The position numbers were made by a program, and so were the translations under genes. This document shows, piece after piece, positions 42,281 through 51,820 of a stretch of 64,000 nt of DNA. The stretch is from an uncultured archaeon. GTDB taxonomy: Archaea > Thermoplasmatota > Thermoplasmata > Thermoplasmatales > Thermoplasmataceae. The notes beneath the pieces were generated by a model that saw only the letters and a list, made by a program, of their open reading frames with translations, had not been told where the DNA came from and searched no databases. Location of the stretch: positions 32,001-96,000 of the forward strand of contig CP009479.1 in NCBI GenBank assembly GCA_000965745.1. Reading direction: 5' to 3'. Numbering within the stretch: position 1 is the first letter of the stretch; each line of letters begins with the position of its first letter.

Positions 42281-42975
42281 TAACTCTTCCTCCTCTTCTT
42301 GGGTGAAAGCCTGCCCACCTTTCTTCCGGGTGGTGTGCCTCTTCCTACCGTGCTCGGGCGGCCCACATGCTGGTGGTTACCTCCTCCATGCGGATGTTTA
42401 ACGGCATTCATTGCCACACCTCTCACGGAGTATGCTTTTTTCGCCCTGCTCTGATAATAGTGAACCTTTCTTCCTGACTTGAGTATCGGTATATCCTTCG
42501 CCCCTGTTCCTGCTATTGTCCCCATGCTTGCCTTGCAGCCTGGATGGAACTGCTTTGTCTTTCCCGACGGAAGCTTTATCGTGACGTTTACGCCATGGCT
42601 TATCACCAGTGCGCCTGTCCCTGCAGTCCTGCAGAACTTGCCTCCATCTCCGGGGATGCTCTCGATGTTGTAAACGGTTGTTCCATCAGGGATTCTTCCA
42701 AGTGGAACAGTGTTTCCCATAGTGACCTGGTCCGATTGGCCGATGTTGATTTTCTGGCCGACGTGTGCGCCGACGAATGCTATCTGGTAGTGTTTCTTTC
42801 CGGTTTCATCCTGCAGCACCAGCACGGGGGAGCTTCTCCCCGGTGACTGCCTGATGTCAACCACTGTGTATGCTCCTTCAGAAGGGTGCCTGATGTCTGC
42901 TACGTGCCTGTGGCTTGGGCTTCTGTATACTATGCCCCCTTTACCCCTTCTCTGAGCCGTTATTAATTTACCCAT
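42280..42975 (-). CDS. rpl2: 50S ribosomal protein L2
   Basis: [20 protein letters not shown]. Confidence 0.97.
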   Translation of the reverse strand: MGKLITAQRRGKGGIVYRSPSHRHVADIRHPSEGAYTVVDIRQSPGRSSPVLVLQDETGKKHYQIAFVGAHVGQKINIGQSDQVTMGNTVPLGRIPDGTTVYNIESIPGDGGKFCRTAGTGALVISHGVNVTIKLPSGKTKQFHPGCKASMGTIAGTGAKDIPILKSGRKVHYYQSRAKKAYSVRGVAMNAVKHPHGGGNHQHVGRPSTVGRGTPPGRKVGRLSPKKRRKS

Positions 42976-42984
42976 TCATACACC

Positions 42985-43233
42985 TCAGAATATACCCATC
43001 CTACCTGCGACTTCGTCTGCAGAGTAGTCTTTTGTGAGTTTCACGATGGCTTTCTTTCCGTTCTTAGTAATCATGATGTTAACCTTTTCAACTTTTACGT
43101 CAAACCTTGCTTCGACTTCTTTTATGATGTCTTCTCTCCTGGCTTTTCTGTTCACCAGGAATGTGATCTTGTTTTCCTTTTCTGTCTGAAGGGTTGTTTT
43201 TTCTGTTGCGACGGGAGATATGATGATTTCCAT
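42985..43233 (-). CDS. rpl23: 50S ribosomal protein L23
   Basis: P.ATEK, FDVKVEKVN, KKAIVKL. Confidence 0.95.
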   Translation of the reverse strand: MEIIISPVATEKTTLQTEKENKITFLVNRKARREDIIKEVEARFDVKVEKVNIMITKNGKKAIVKLTKDYSADEVAGRMGIF

Positions 43234-43998
43234 TTACTGTACCCCCTTGCCCACCTGCTTAAGTGCACTTTCCGTAAACACGACGAGTCTTCCTGCCTGG
43301 CCTCCGGGAGCAAGCTTCCTGATACTCAGGCTGTCCGGGGTTGCCACCTCGACACCTGGAAGGGACCTGTATGCCTTTAGCGAGTCTGCTGAAGTGCTGA
43401 CGAAGAGAATGCTTTTCGGCTGCTTGTACCTTCTTCCCCTCATAGTTCCTCTTCCAGCCCTGACTTTCTTTCCTTCCTTTGCCCTGATCAGGTCGTCAAG
43501 CAGTCCCACTGATTCAAGGAAATTTTCTACGTCCTTAGTCTTAGTGATCTTGGCAGCTGCGTCCTCAACTATAACTGGAAGGGTGATGCCTTCTGGAATC
43601 CTGTGCCCTCTCCTGGAAACTGCCTCATTTGATGCTGTCATTGCAAGGGCGCTCATTCTTGCAAGCTTCCTCTCTTTCTCGTTTATCTTCTTCGTGAGGA
43701 TTTTGGTGGTCCTTGGTGAGTGAGCGCTCTTTCCGCCCACCATTGATGCGAGTATTACACCCCTGGATGAACCTGATGTTCTTGGTATTCTCGACACGCC
43801 TCTTCCGGGCCCTGAGTTGTGGCCTACTCGCCTCATTCCTGCCCTTGGTGAGGACCCGTATGGGCTCCTGAGGGAAAGGGTAACTGCCCTGAAAGCCTTC
43901 CTGATGAGGTCTTCCCTTGGAGCAGTGTTGAACACTTCCGGAAGTTCGATCTTCTTTACCTTTTCTCCTTCAATTGAGTATAGATTTGATTTCAACAT
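43234..43998 (-). CDS. rpl4: 50S ribosomal protein L4
   Basis: GRGVSRIPR, KINEKE, RAGRGTMRGRRY, LAPGG.AGRL. Confidence 0.96.
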   Translation of the reverse strand: MLKSNLYSIEGEKVKKIELPEVFNTAPREDLIRKAFRAVTLSLRSPYGSSPRAGMRRVGHNSGPGRGVSRIPRTSGSSRGVILASMVGGKSAHSPRTTKILTKKINEKERKLARMSALAMTASNEAVSRRGHRIPEGITLPVIVEDAAAKITKTKDVENFLESVGLLDDLIRAKEGKKVRAGRGTMRGRRYKQPKSILFVSTSADSLKAYRSLPGVEVATPDSLSIRKLAPGGQAGRLVVFTESALKQVGKGVQ

Positions 43999-44987
43999 TA
44001 ATCACCCTGCTTTGATTCCCTTGAAACATAGCTCAGTGTAAGCGAGTCCACTGAAGCAACTCTCTGCCTTGCCGGGTCTCTGAATTTGACAAGTCTCTTT
44101 GAAGGCCCCGGAACCGATCCGTGTATGAGGACGTAGTCGCTTCTGACTAGCCCGTATCCGGGGAAGCCTCCCTTGACATTGATATCATCCCCGTTGTCCT
44201 TTGGGGAATATCTTAGAACTCTCATGTTGTGGAACGTTCTCTGGTGTGTACCCATCTGGCCCGCCTGGGGCACAGTGTTTCTTACCCAGTCCGGGTGCCA
44301 TGGTCCCAGTGTTCCTATCATTCTTCTGTGCTTGCTGTTGTGTATATTCAATAGCTTTACACCGAATCTCTCGACATGGCCGGTGAAGCCTTTTCCTTTC
44401 GTGATTCCCGTGACGTCAACAAATTTTCCCTCGCCTGAAAATTCAGAGAAGCTGATTGACTTTCCAAGCTTTTCCTGGGCATACTTCAATTTTTCATCGT
44501 TTGTTGCGCCTGAGACGTTAATTTCAAAAATTTCCGGTGTTTTTGACGGAACACCCGTAACAACCTTCGGGTTTGTGCTTACTATGAGCCTTACACTGGA
44601 GAAGTCCTTCGGAACCTCCTTCTTCTTGTGTTCCTTTGCCTGTGGCTTTCTTCGTGCCAGGGACTTGTCCGGATTATCTGCCCACTGTTCATAAGCTACC
44701 TTCAGTCCTTCATAATCTTCCTTGTAGAGCCTTATGCCTACAACTGCAAGGGGAGGCACCTCTACGACTGTAACCGGAGCAACTATGCTCTGGCCTGCAG
44801 TAACGCTGGACTTCCTGTAGTCGACCATTTCAACATGGGTCATGCCTACCTTGTAACCGGCAAAGGCCTGTACCTTTGCCGGCCCTTCGGCTACCGGCCA
44901 GCTTCTTATGTCTCCCTGCATTCTCTTTGTGCGTACTCTGGGATAGTATCCTTTAGATCCTCTTCTAGGATGATGGGGCGTTGCCAT
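43998..44987 (-). CDS. rpl3: 50S ribosomal protein L3
   Basis: PRRGS, GYKVGMTH, TKGKGF.G, PQAGQMG.HQR, GSVPG. Confidence 0.97.
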   Translation of the reverse strand: MATPHHPRRGSKGYYPRVRTKRMQGDIRSWPVAEGPAKVQAFAGYKVGMTHVEMVDYRKSSVTAGQSIVAPVTVVEVPPLAVVGIRLYKEDYEGLKVAYEQWADNPDKSLARRKPQAKEHKKKEVPKDFSSVRLIVSTNPKVVTGVPSKTPEIFEINVSGATNDEKLKYAQEKLGKSISFSEFSGEGKFVDVTGITKGKGFTGHVERFGVKLLNIHNSKHRRMIGTLGPWHPDWVRNTVPQAGQMGTHQRTFHNMRVLRYSPKDNGDDINVKGGFPGYGLVRSDYVLIHGSVPGPSKRLVKFRDPARQRVASVDSLTLSYVSRESKQGD

Positions 44988-44999
44988 TACGTATCACCT

Positions 45000-45089
45000 G
45001 CAAACCGTTACACCTGTTTCTGGCAATGAGAAAGACATTGCCGAACAAGGGATGCCACATTATGCATTGCCCTGAGTGTATGGTGTTGC
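45000..45089 (-). promoter_or_regulatory. candidate cis-regulatory three-way-junction RNA leader of the rpl3 operon
   Basis: three nested stems between TATA boxes (45113-45129) and the SD AGGTGAT (44993-44999); see findings. Confidence 0.55.
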
Positions 45090-45201
45090 CTGAAAAGGAT
45101 AACTTACCACTCTATTTAAAGATTTATAACTGCACTTTCCGCCGGGATAGGCGGTACGATGGAATATTGGATATCCCTCTGATTGGTATGCTGGAAGGAG
45201 T

Positions 45202-46416
45202 TCATCCTTTTCCTCCCGCCGGCATAACTTCCCCTTTTTTCATGGCTGGACCTACTTTCCTTATTGTGGTCGACAAGTAGAGTATAACCGAGACGAAACC
45301 AGGGGCTGTGACCGTAGTCCATATGAGGAACGGATTCAGGGTCGCAGTTATTACTATGCCCCCGATGAGAGGGCCTATGGAGTATCCGACTGAGTTGAAC
45401 GAGTTGTAAACGCCCATGTTGGCTCCAATCCGCTTTTTGGCAGATATTCCTGACACAATTGCAGATCCGCTCGGATCGAGGAAGTCTTCACCTAATGTTA
45501 TGATTGCCTCTGAAACGATGAACTGTGGAACAGTTGAGTCGAAAGCAAATGAGAAAACTCCAATCGAGAAAAACAGTAGTCCGAGCAGGTATCCCCTTGC
45601 AACACCTATCCTCCCTATTGCCTTAGTCACAGGGTATTGCATCAGGACCACGAGGATTCCATTGGATGTGAACACCAGACCAATCTGTGCAGTCGTGAGA
45701 TTCCTTACAATTGACGCATAGTTCGGAAGAGTCACGGTGTCCTGTGCAAGCAGTATTGTGAGCAGAAGGCTTGAGAACGAGAGCATGATTATCGTCCTGT
45801 TCACTGTACGGAAACGGAATTTGCGTTGTGGTTCCTCTTCGCCTGTTTCAGTAGGATGATCTCCTACAGGCTTGAAGATCAGGGATAGTACCAGCCCTGC
45901 AAGAATCGAGAGGAATGCCGAAAGGTAAATCACGGGATAGCCGAATCCGAGTATCAGGAATCCTGCAACAGCGGGGCCTATTGCTGTTCCTACGTTCAGG
46001 GCCACTCTTGTGATCGTGAAGCCGACAACCCTGTCACGGGTCGATGTTGCGACAAGCGCACCAAATGAAGGGAAGCTTCCCCAAAGCGAGGCAGCGAGGA
46101 TCAGAAACAGGAGAGAGAAAATGACTACGTTGTGCACTGAATGTGCAACATAATAGAGACCGATGAGGGATGCGGCTCCAATTGAATACATCGTTACAAG
46201 TACAGGTTTGTGGCCTATCCTGTCTCCAAGCCTTCCTGTGTAGATCTGGAGTACGGCGCCTGAGAGGTTTGAGAGCGTAAACACAACGCCAATCAGGGTG
46301 AAATCCAACTTGAATTCTGCGTGCATAAATAATGAAGTGAATGACTCTACCGAGTACAGTGCAAAACCGAAAAACCCCAGGATAAGGGAGAGGGTGATTA
46401 TCCTTGGCAGAGCCAT
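45202..46416 (-). CDS. MFS transporter
   Basis: 12 TM segments; motif A GRLGDRIGHK; G.AIGP. Confidence 0.93.
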   Translation of the reverse strand: MALPRIITLSLILGFFGFALYSVESFTSLFMHAEFKLDFTLIGVVFTLSNLSGAVLQIYTGRLGDRIGHKPVLVTMYSIGAASLIGLYYVAHSVHNVVIFSLLFLILAASLWGSFPSFGALVATSTRDRVVGFTITRVALNVGTAIGPAVAGFLILGFGYPVIYLSAFLSILAGLVLSLIFKPVGDHPTETGEEEPQRKFRFRTVNRTIIMLSFSSLLLTILLAQDTVTLPNYASIVRNLTTAQIGLVFTSNGILVVLMQYPVTKAIGRIGVARGYLLGLLFFSIGVFSFAFDSTVPQFIVSEAIITLGEDFLDPSGSAIVSGISAKKRIGANMGVYNSFNSVGYSIGPLIGGIVITATLNPFLIWTTVTAPGFVSVILYLSTTIRKVGPAMKKGEVMPAGGKG

Positions 46417-46609
46417 CTACCCATATACTGTACTGCCTATTTTAGTCGATTGGCTAAACTTTCCCGATCGAGAGATCGTGTTTTGGTTTGGACTCGGTGT
46501 TTCCTGGACACCAACTGGTTGAGAATTTAAATGATTTTCTTCAATAAACATGAAATGTGTTATGAACCGACTGCAATAATTATAAATTAGTAAGGTATTT
46601 AGGGGCAGT

Positions 46610-46683
46610 GGGTCCGTAGCTTAGCCAGGTAGAGCGATGGACTCTTAATCCATAGGTCGGGGGTTCGAACCCCCTCGGACCCG
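46610..46683 (+). tRNA. tRNA-Lys (CUU)
   Basis: GGGTCCG/CGGACCC acceptor stem, ATGGA-CTCTTAA-TCCAT anticodon arm, GGTTCGAAC; TTATAAAT box upstream. Confidence 0.97.
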
Positions 46684-46886
46684 CTTGACTCCTGCTTACT
46701 TCCGTGAACATGTTAAATTGCTGATTTATGTTGAAAATGGGGAATTATTCTATCTTTCACTTTTATCATAAGATAAACTTGAATTAACATAGGATTGTTG
46801 AAGTTGTGTTAATGGCTTAAACAAAATCAAATAAAGTGGCAAGGTAAATTTCCGATGTGACTTCAGACTGGTTCATCCAATAATCG

Positions 46887-46913
46887 TCAAAAATTGCTCT
46901 GACAAATTTTTGA
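46887..46913. promoter_or_regulatory. perfect 9-bp inverted repeat, candidate operator
   Basis: TCAAAAATT-N9-AATTTTTGA about 50 nt upstream of a wHTH gene. Confidence 0.45.
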
Positions 46914-46965
46914 AAGAAATTTTAGTCAAAATGAGTTAATTTCTCCATTACAATACTATTTTTGG

Positions 46966-47625
46966 ATGACAGAATTGCCTCTTTACAGAATCCTGAAGGA
47001 CCTAACCAGACAGAAGATCCTAAGGCTGATCGGGGAGAAGGGGAACGCATCATACACAGACATACTTACACATCTTAATGTCAGCACTGGCAAGCTTAAT
47101 TATCATCTAAAAGTACTGGCTCCTTTCCTTCTCAAAAGCAGCGAAGGGTATTCATTGAATGAGACAGGGGAAAATGCATATTCTGTCCTAATGAAGTTCC
47201 AAAAAGTCCAGAATGGTAATGACAAGTTTTACAGGCCCCTGCCATGGGTGCTTGTTTCTTTGTCATTAGTGTTCTTGTTGATGCCAAATATTCATGTTCA
47301 AATTGTTGGGGTGGCTGCATTGTTTATGGGAATATTTTTCTTTTACAACTCTGGTATTACAAGAATGAGAACTTGGGAACTTCTGGCTGTTTTATCCATA
47401 GCACTGGTAGCAGGGTCCTATGGTGCGCTGCCTCAGTTACTGGTGTACTGTCCAAGTAGATTCAGTTTTGGAGTGCTTTATTCACCTTTGCTACCCATTA
47501 TATATTCCACTGTTCTTTTTGCCACTTTGTTGTCAACAACCCATGGGGAATGGATGCAGAAAGAATGGCGTGCTTTTGCTGAAGACGAAGAGGCGAAAGC
47601 AGAAGCAGCCGAAAAAGCATCATGA
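46966..47625 (+). CDS. ArsR-like winged HTH fused to a 4-TM domain
   Basis: LKDLTRQKILRLI...SYTDIL..LNVSTGKLNYHLKVL...YSL followed by hydrophobic helices. Confidence 0.82.
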   Translation: MTELPLYRILKDLTRQKILRLIGEKGNASYTDILTHLNVSTGKLNYHLKVLAPFLLKSSEGYSLNETGENAYSVLMKFQKVQNGNDKFYRPLPWVLVSLSLVFLLMPNIHVQIVGVAALFMGIFFFYNSGITRMRTWELLAVLSIALVAGSYGALPQLLVYCPSRFSFGVLYSPLLPIIYSTVLFATLLSTTHGEWMQKEWRAFAEDEEAKAEAAEKAS

Positions 47626-47715
47626 AACTGAACAATTTGACCTGGCAAATCAAGTTTCACCCATATCATGTTTAAATAGAATAGTTTTAAGCCAGCGGGT
47701 TTTATATACATTGCG

Positions 47716-47988
47716 ATGTATAATATTGCGGTCCTTATATCAGGGGTCTCAATTGCCGTTTCCATATTTCTCTTAATAGTAACATTCGCGACCAAAAGGC
47801 GAATAAGAGCAAAAATTCTTTCATACATAGGTGGAGTCTTCGTAGTAGTTCTTATATCAAACGTGGTGTACGTGCTTCAAACATTCTCATTATTTCCCGG
47901 CACCGGACATCAGGTGGAATTTTTTCTTGCTGTAGAGCTGATCATACTTCTGTTATTCTACGCAGGTATCGCGAGGGGAATAGGATAA
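47716..47988 (+). CDS. small 3-TM membrane protein
   Basis: 90 aa, three TM segments; TTTATATA about 10 nt upstream of the called ATG; abuts the next gene. Confidence 0.75.
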   Translation: MYNIAVLISGVSIAVSIFLLIVTFATKRRIRAKILSYIGGVFVVVLISNVVYVLQTFSLFPGTGHQVEFFLAVELIILLLFYAGIARGIG

Positions 47989-48504
47989 GTGAGTGAACAG
48001 CTGTCCACAAGGGATTCAATAATCAACATAATTGTTGAAAACCCGGGAATTCATTTCCGGGGGATACAGAGGAGGTCAGGCCTTGCCGTCGGGCAACTTG
48101 AATATCACCTCTATCAACTCGAGAAAGACGCAAATATTTCCATCCGTGAGGACGGAAACGTGAAAAGGTACTTCCACGCAAACAGCGGGAGCTACCTGGA
48201 AAGGCAGATACTTTTTTATATCAGGAGCAACGTTGGCAGGGATGTTCTTCAGAAACTGTCTAGATCAGAGTTTATCCCTCTCCAGACTCTATTGAAGGCA
48301 AGCAAGGCAAAACAGGAGAGGAGGAAGAATATCATAGGGGATATGGAGAAAGAGGGGATAATAGAGATTTTCAAAAATCTGGGAGTGACCCAGGTGAGAT
48401 TAAAAGATAAGCCAAAACTGGTTGAACTAGCCAGGAAATATCGCGAGAGTATCCTAGGTTCGCTATCTGAGAACTTCATTTCCATCCTCGATGAGGATCT
48501 CTGA
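47989..48504 (+). CDS. double winged-HTH regulator
   Basis: RDSII..I.ENPGIHFRGIQR..GLAVGQLEYHLYQLE. Confidence 0.85.
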   Translation: MSEQLSTRDSIINIIVENPGIHFRGIQRRSGLAVGQLEYHLYQLEKDANISIREDGNVKRYFHANSGSYLERQILFYIRSNVGRDVLQKLSRSEFIPLQTLLKASKAKQERRKNIIGDMEKEGIIEIFKNLGVTQVRLKDKPKLVELARKYRESILGSLSENFISILDEDL

Positions 48505-49605
48505 TCAGAAACGGCGCTTACGGTAGACTGAGTACACAGCGCTGCCTATCAGGACTGAGCCAAATGCAATCCCGGTGGATAAGGACTCAATGTTGATCAT
48601 CACATAATTGACTATCGCACCTTCGACCTTTTTCACTATCGGGTTCTTGAATATCGGAGCCCCGGAAATTCCTATGTACGGGTCCTGGTAAACGCTCTTA
48701 AGCGAAGTGCTGTTGTTAAAGGCAAAGTCGAACATAATGTAAATGCCCCCATCTGATAAGGCAACAGTTGAAGAGAGATTCTGCTTTACGCCATTCAGGT
48801 CGAAAATGCTGTTCCACCAGTAGAATGCATTGACCGTGCCATTGCCCGAGTTATTATGCCCTGTTGGTATCTGAATGCCCTGGCTGTTATCGTGGAGCTT
48901 TTTGGAATTGTCGTGTACAATACTTCCGAAATAGTACCTATCAGCACTGTTGGTTTCGTTTGAAGACTTGATCAGCTGAACAAGTTCCAGATTTCCCGGC
49001 CCTTTCACCGGATTCTGGAACGTCACTGAAATGGTTATTTCGAGCATAGAATACTGAGGAAACGAGAAATTCTGGGATTCCGCTGAGGAATTTCTTACGC
49101 TCATGTTCGAGAGCGAATAATTTAGTGCCTTCAGGTTGATAACAACATTCGCATCAGTAGTGTTATGTGTGATGCCCTCAGGAGGGCTTCCCCCGTGCGA
49201 GCCGTGAGTGGAATTCAGTGGTGGGTTACCGCTTGAGGAATTATTGCCACTCCCATTCTTTCCTTGGGCCCCTCCGTTTCCCTGTGAGTATATTGAGACA
49301 CCGGGAAGTCCCTGTGAGTTGTCAGGCAGGAACCTGACGTCGGAAGCATAGCTGTATGTTCCGTTGTTGCCGGTGGTAAAATTCCACTTTTCATGGTTGA
49401 AGGTGGCCACGTATGAGCCATTGGGTGTTTTGAGAATGAGGCCTATATAAGAGAGGTTGTAATAGACACCACCCGACATGTTCAGCGTAATGCTGGGAAA
49501 AGGTTGAGCCTCAACATGAGATGTCTGGTCTTCAGCAGCGGCAACCCCCGAAGAAAAAGCCATCAACATTACCGCTGCTACCAGCGCCGCCGGGAGTATC
49601 TTCAC
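48505..49605 (-). CDS. secreted, C-terminally anchored N/S/G-rich surface glycoprotein
   Basis: signal peptide (KILPAALVAAV...AAA), many sequons, YQDP motif, C-terminal TM + RKRRF; start likely GTG 49605. Confidence 0.8.
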   Translation of the reverse strand: MKILPAALVAAVMLMAFSSGVAAAEDQTSHVEAQPFPSITLNMSGGVYYNLSYIGLILKTPNGSYVATFNHEKWNFTTGNNGTYSYASDVRFLPDNSQGLPGVSIYSQGNGGAQGKNGSGNNSSSGNPPLNSTHGSHGGSPPEGITHNTTDANVVINLKALNYSLSNMSVRNSSAESQNFSFPQYSMLEITISVTFQNPVKGPGNLELVQLIKSSNETNSADRYYFGSIVHDNSKKLHDNSQGIQIPTGHNNSGNGTVNAFYWWNSIFDLNGVKQNLSSTVALSDGGIYIMFDFAFNNSTSLKSVYQDPYIGISGAPIFKNPIVKKVEGAIVNYVMINIESLSTGIAFGSVLIGSAVYSVYRKRRF

Positions 49606-49909
49606 CAAAAAACAATCATTGAATACATAAAACATTATTGGTACATATTCAGGCAAAAGTTACGTTGAACCTTTTAAATTAGGCATCCGAGGATTCATCG
49701 CTTCTTGGAGTCTGGAGATCTGGTCACCCAGCATTGTCTATGTTACAAGCTATAATGTGAAGAAAGTCAGCATTGTGGTTGACCGCCATGAAACCCCTCC
49801 GTACGCGTATTAGGCTCCACATTCTCCCCTGGCTTGAGGCGGATAGAAAACTGGAAAGATATGATCAGGATCAGTAACTGCGAACTGTGCTGAGAAATAA
49901 TTGCGGGAA

Positions 49910-50317
49910 TCAGGCCATATCAGGGGAAGAATGAAGTAAAATGTTCCCGGTAGAAGATGCTTTGTAGCTGACATCATTGGCTACGCCTCTTATCAGGTTA
50001 GCCCTTTCAGGACCGAAGAGGTCAAGAAGTTCCTTGTCTGTAAACATGGAAAGAGCTTTCAACAGCCTTGAATGTGTTTTTCTAACAGCCGAACTGAATA
50101 CGACTTCTTCAGGAGACACTGAGATTCCCTCTGACCACACATCCGTGACCCTTAGGGCAAGAGAGAGCCAACTCTTGAAGTGCTGAAGGTCCTCGGGCTG
50201 CAACAATGAATCCGGAGTGTCAGGATCAATTTTTTCCACCTTTTCCTTGCCACGAGGTTTTTTTGTAAGGCCCTTTATCCAGTCTTCTATTATTCCAACG
50301 AAGATTTGTCCTTCCAT
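49910..50317 (-). CDS. hypothetical protein
   Basis: 135-aa ATG ORF, no recognised motif. Confidence 0.55.
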   Translation of the reverse strand: MEGQIFVGIIEDWIKGLTKKPRGKEKVEKIDPDTPDSLLQPEDLQHFKSWLSLALRVTDVWSEGISVSPEEVVFSSAVRKTHSRLLKALSMFTDKELLDLFGPERANLIRGVANDVSYKASSTGNILLHSSPDMA

Positions 50318-50497
50318 TAACTGTGTTACATGTAAACTATACTATACGTTTATGGTACAAGTTTGGACAATTTGCTTGGATATGCCTTAAAATAGGTTAT
50401 TATTACATTTTAAGAATTATTTTATTCTTATGGACACACTGCCTGACAGGAATTTCCCGTTTCAAAAAAGTGCGTTCTCAAATAAGATCAGCCTCCC

Positions 50498-51160
50498 TCA
50501 CCTCTTGCCCTCAAGATGCACAACTTTTTTTCCCCTCTTGTCCCAAGAAGGCTTTTCCACCAACACCACTCTTATCGGGACATAGCGTGCAATGATGGCT
50601 AAAATCAGGTAAAACAAGAACCAGATTACCACATCATACGCCAATTTCATCGCCTCGAGTGAATAGCCCCCAGTGGACGGCGAATAAAAGTTATCAAAGA
50701 AACTGAATCCAAAGATCAGATAATGATACGGAGCACCCATCCCCACAATAGCCGTGCTTCCATGGGAGTTAAGGAAGATGTTGGACACCACCGACAAAGT
50801 AGCCGCTGTGAATATACCCGAAAATGCTATGGATAATGCAGCAAGCCCCTTCAGGCTCAACCTTCTTGAGAGCCTTGCCATCCAAACAACTGTTGTTATC
50901 CCTGCGAGCCAGAAAATTGTTTCAGTGAGGTACAGCTGCACTTTGTACCAGGCATCTGGCATTAACGGGTAAAGGAAGCGCATAAAAGGATGAGCAAGAT
51001 AGAAATAATATTCAAAAACAAGAGTCAGATTGTCGAGGAAAGTTATAATAGCTGCAGCTGCCAATGAAAAGACGACTATAGCCAATCTCGGATGAGAATG
51101 GATAAATGATCTAAGAACCATTTGTGTTTGATTTGTTTTTTGGACGCCCATATGGATCAT
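50498..51160 (-). CDS. hypothetical ~4-TM membrane protein
   Basis: hydrophobic helices; ATGA overlap with the upstream HNH gene. Confidence 0.7.
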   Translation of the reverse strand: MIHMGVQKTNQTQMVLRSFIHSHPRLAIVVFSLAAAAIITFLDNLTLVFEYYFYLAHPFMRFLYPLMPDAWYKVQLYLTETIFWLAGITTVVWMARLSRRLSLKGLAALSIAFSGIFTAATLSVVSNIFLNSHGSTAIVGMGAPYHYLIFGFSFFDNFYSPSTGGYSLEAMKLAYDVVIWFLFYLILAIIARYVPIRVVLVEKPSWDKRGKKVVHLEGKR

Positions 51161-51654
51161 TTCCTCTTGGCAGGTATGAAAGGCTTAAGATCTGTTACAT
51201 TATTTGCCAGATTATCCAGAGAATCTCGCATCTTATGCCAGTCATAGCTGTATTTGAGATAGATCCCAATGGGAATTCTTGGTAGCGAACTTTCGTCCCT
51301 TCCAAGAATGTTTATCCACCAGTCTACAAGATCATTATCCTTCTTTGACGAATTGCAGTGTTTGCAGGATCTAACGACGTTCTGCATGCGGTCTGGACCG
51401 TCATAGTTTCTCGGAATAACATGATCGTTACTGTCTGCTTGCCCGCCGCAATATACGCATTCGGGGGTTGTTCGCATCTGAACCCTTATCTCACCATCCC
51501 GATCTGCCATGTGGATTTTCCCAGCCTTCAGGAGATTATATCTTTGAATTATGAACCCCCATTGGTCCATTTTTCCAGCTGCTCGTGCGATAACCAACCA
51601 TGCATAATAGTAGTATATAACGTCCGATATCGTTTTCACATTCCTGGGAGGCAT
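51157..51654 (-). CDS. HNH endonuclease
   Basis: CVYCG...DHVIP...G.D...NVVRSCKHCNSSK. Confidence 0.9.
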   Translation of the reverse strand: MPPRNVKTISDVIYYYYAWLVIARAAGKMDQWGFIIQRYNLLKAGKIHMADRDGEIRVQMRTTPECVYCGGQADSNDHVIPRNYDGPDRMQNVVRSCKHCNSSKKDNDLVDWWINILGRDESSLPRIPIGIYLKYSYDWHKMRDSLDNLANNVTDLKPFIPAKRK

Positions 51655-51820
51655 TACATATCGTCACAATAAAGTAAACATAGTAAATATAAATTTTTCT
51701 AAATGGAAATCGAGGTACCATAGAAAGAGGTTCATTGACGGTTGGATGACCGCACAGAAGAACTATATGACAGATAATGACAAAATTATTACTTGTTCAT
51801 GTATGCTATCAAGTATCTGA

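Noticed and set aside
1-45000. Numerous 60-200 aa antisense or alternative-frame ORFs over rpoB, top6, ior and ribosomal protein genes
   Set aside because: Shadows of strongly conserved genes; no motifs or start signals of their own
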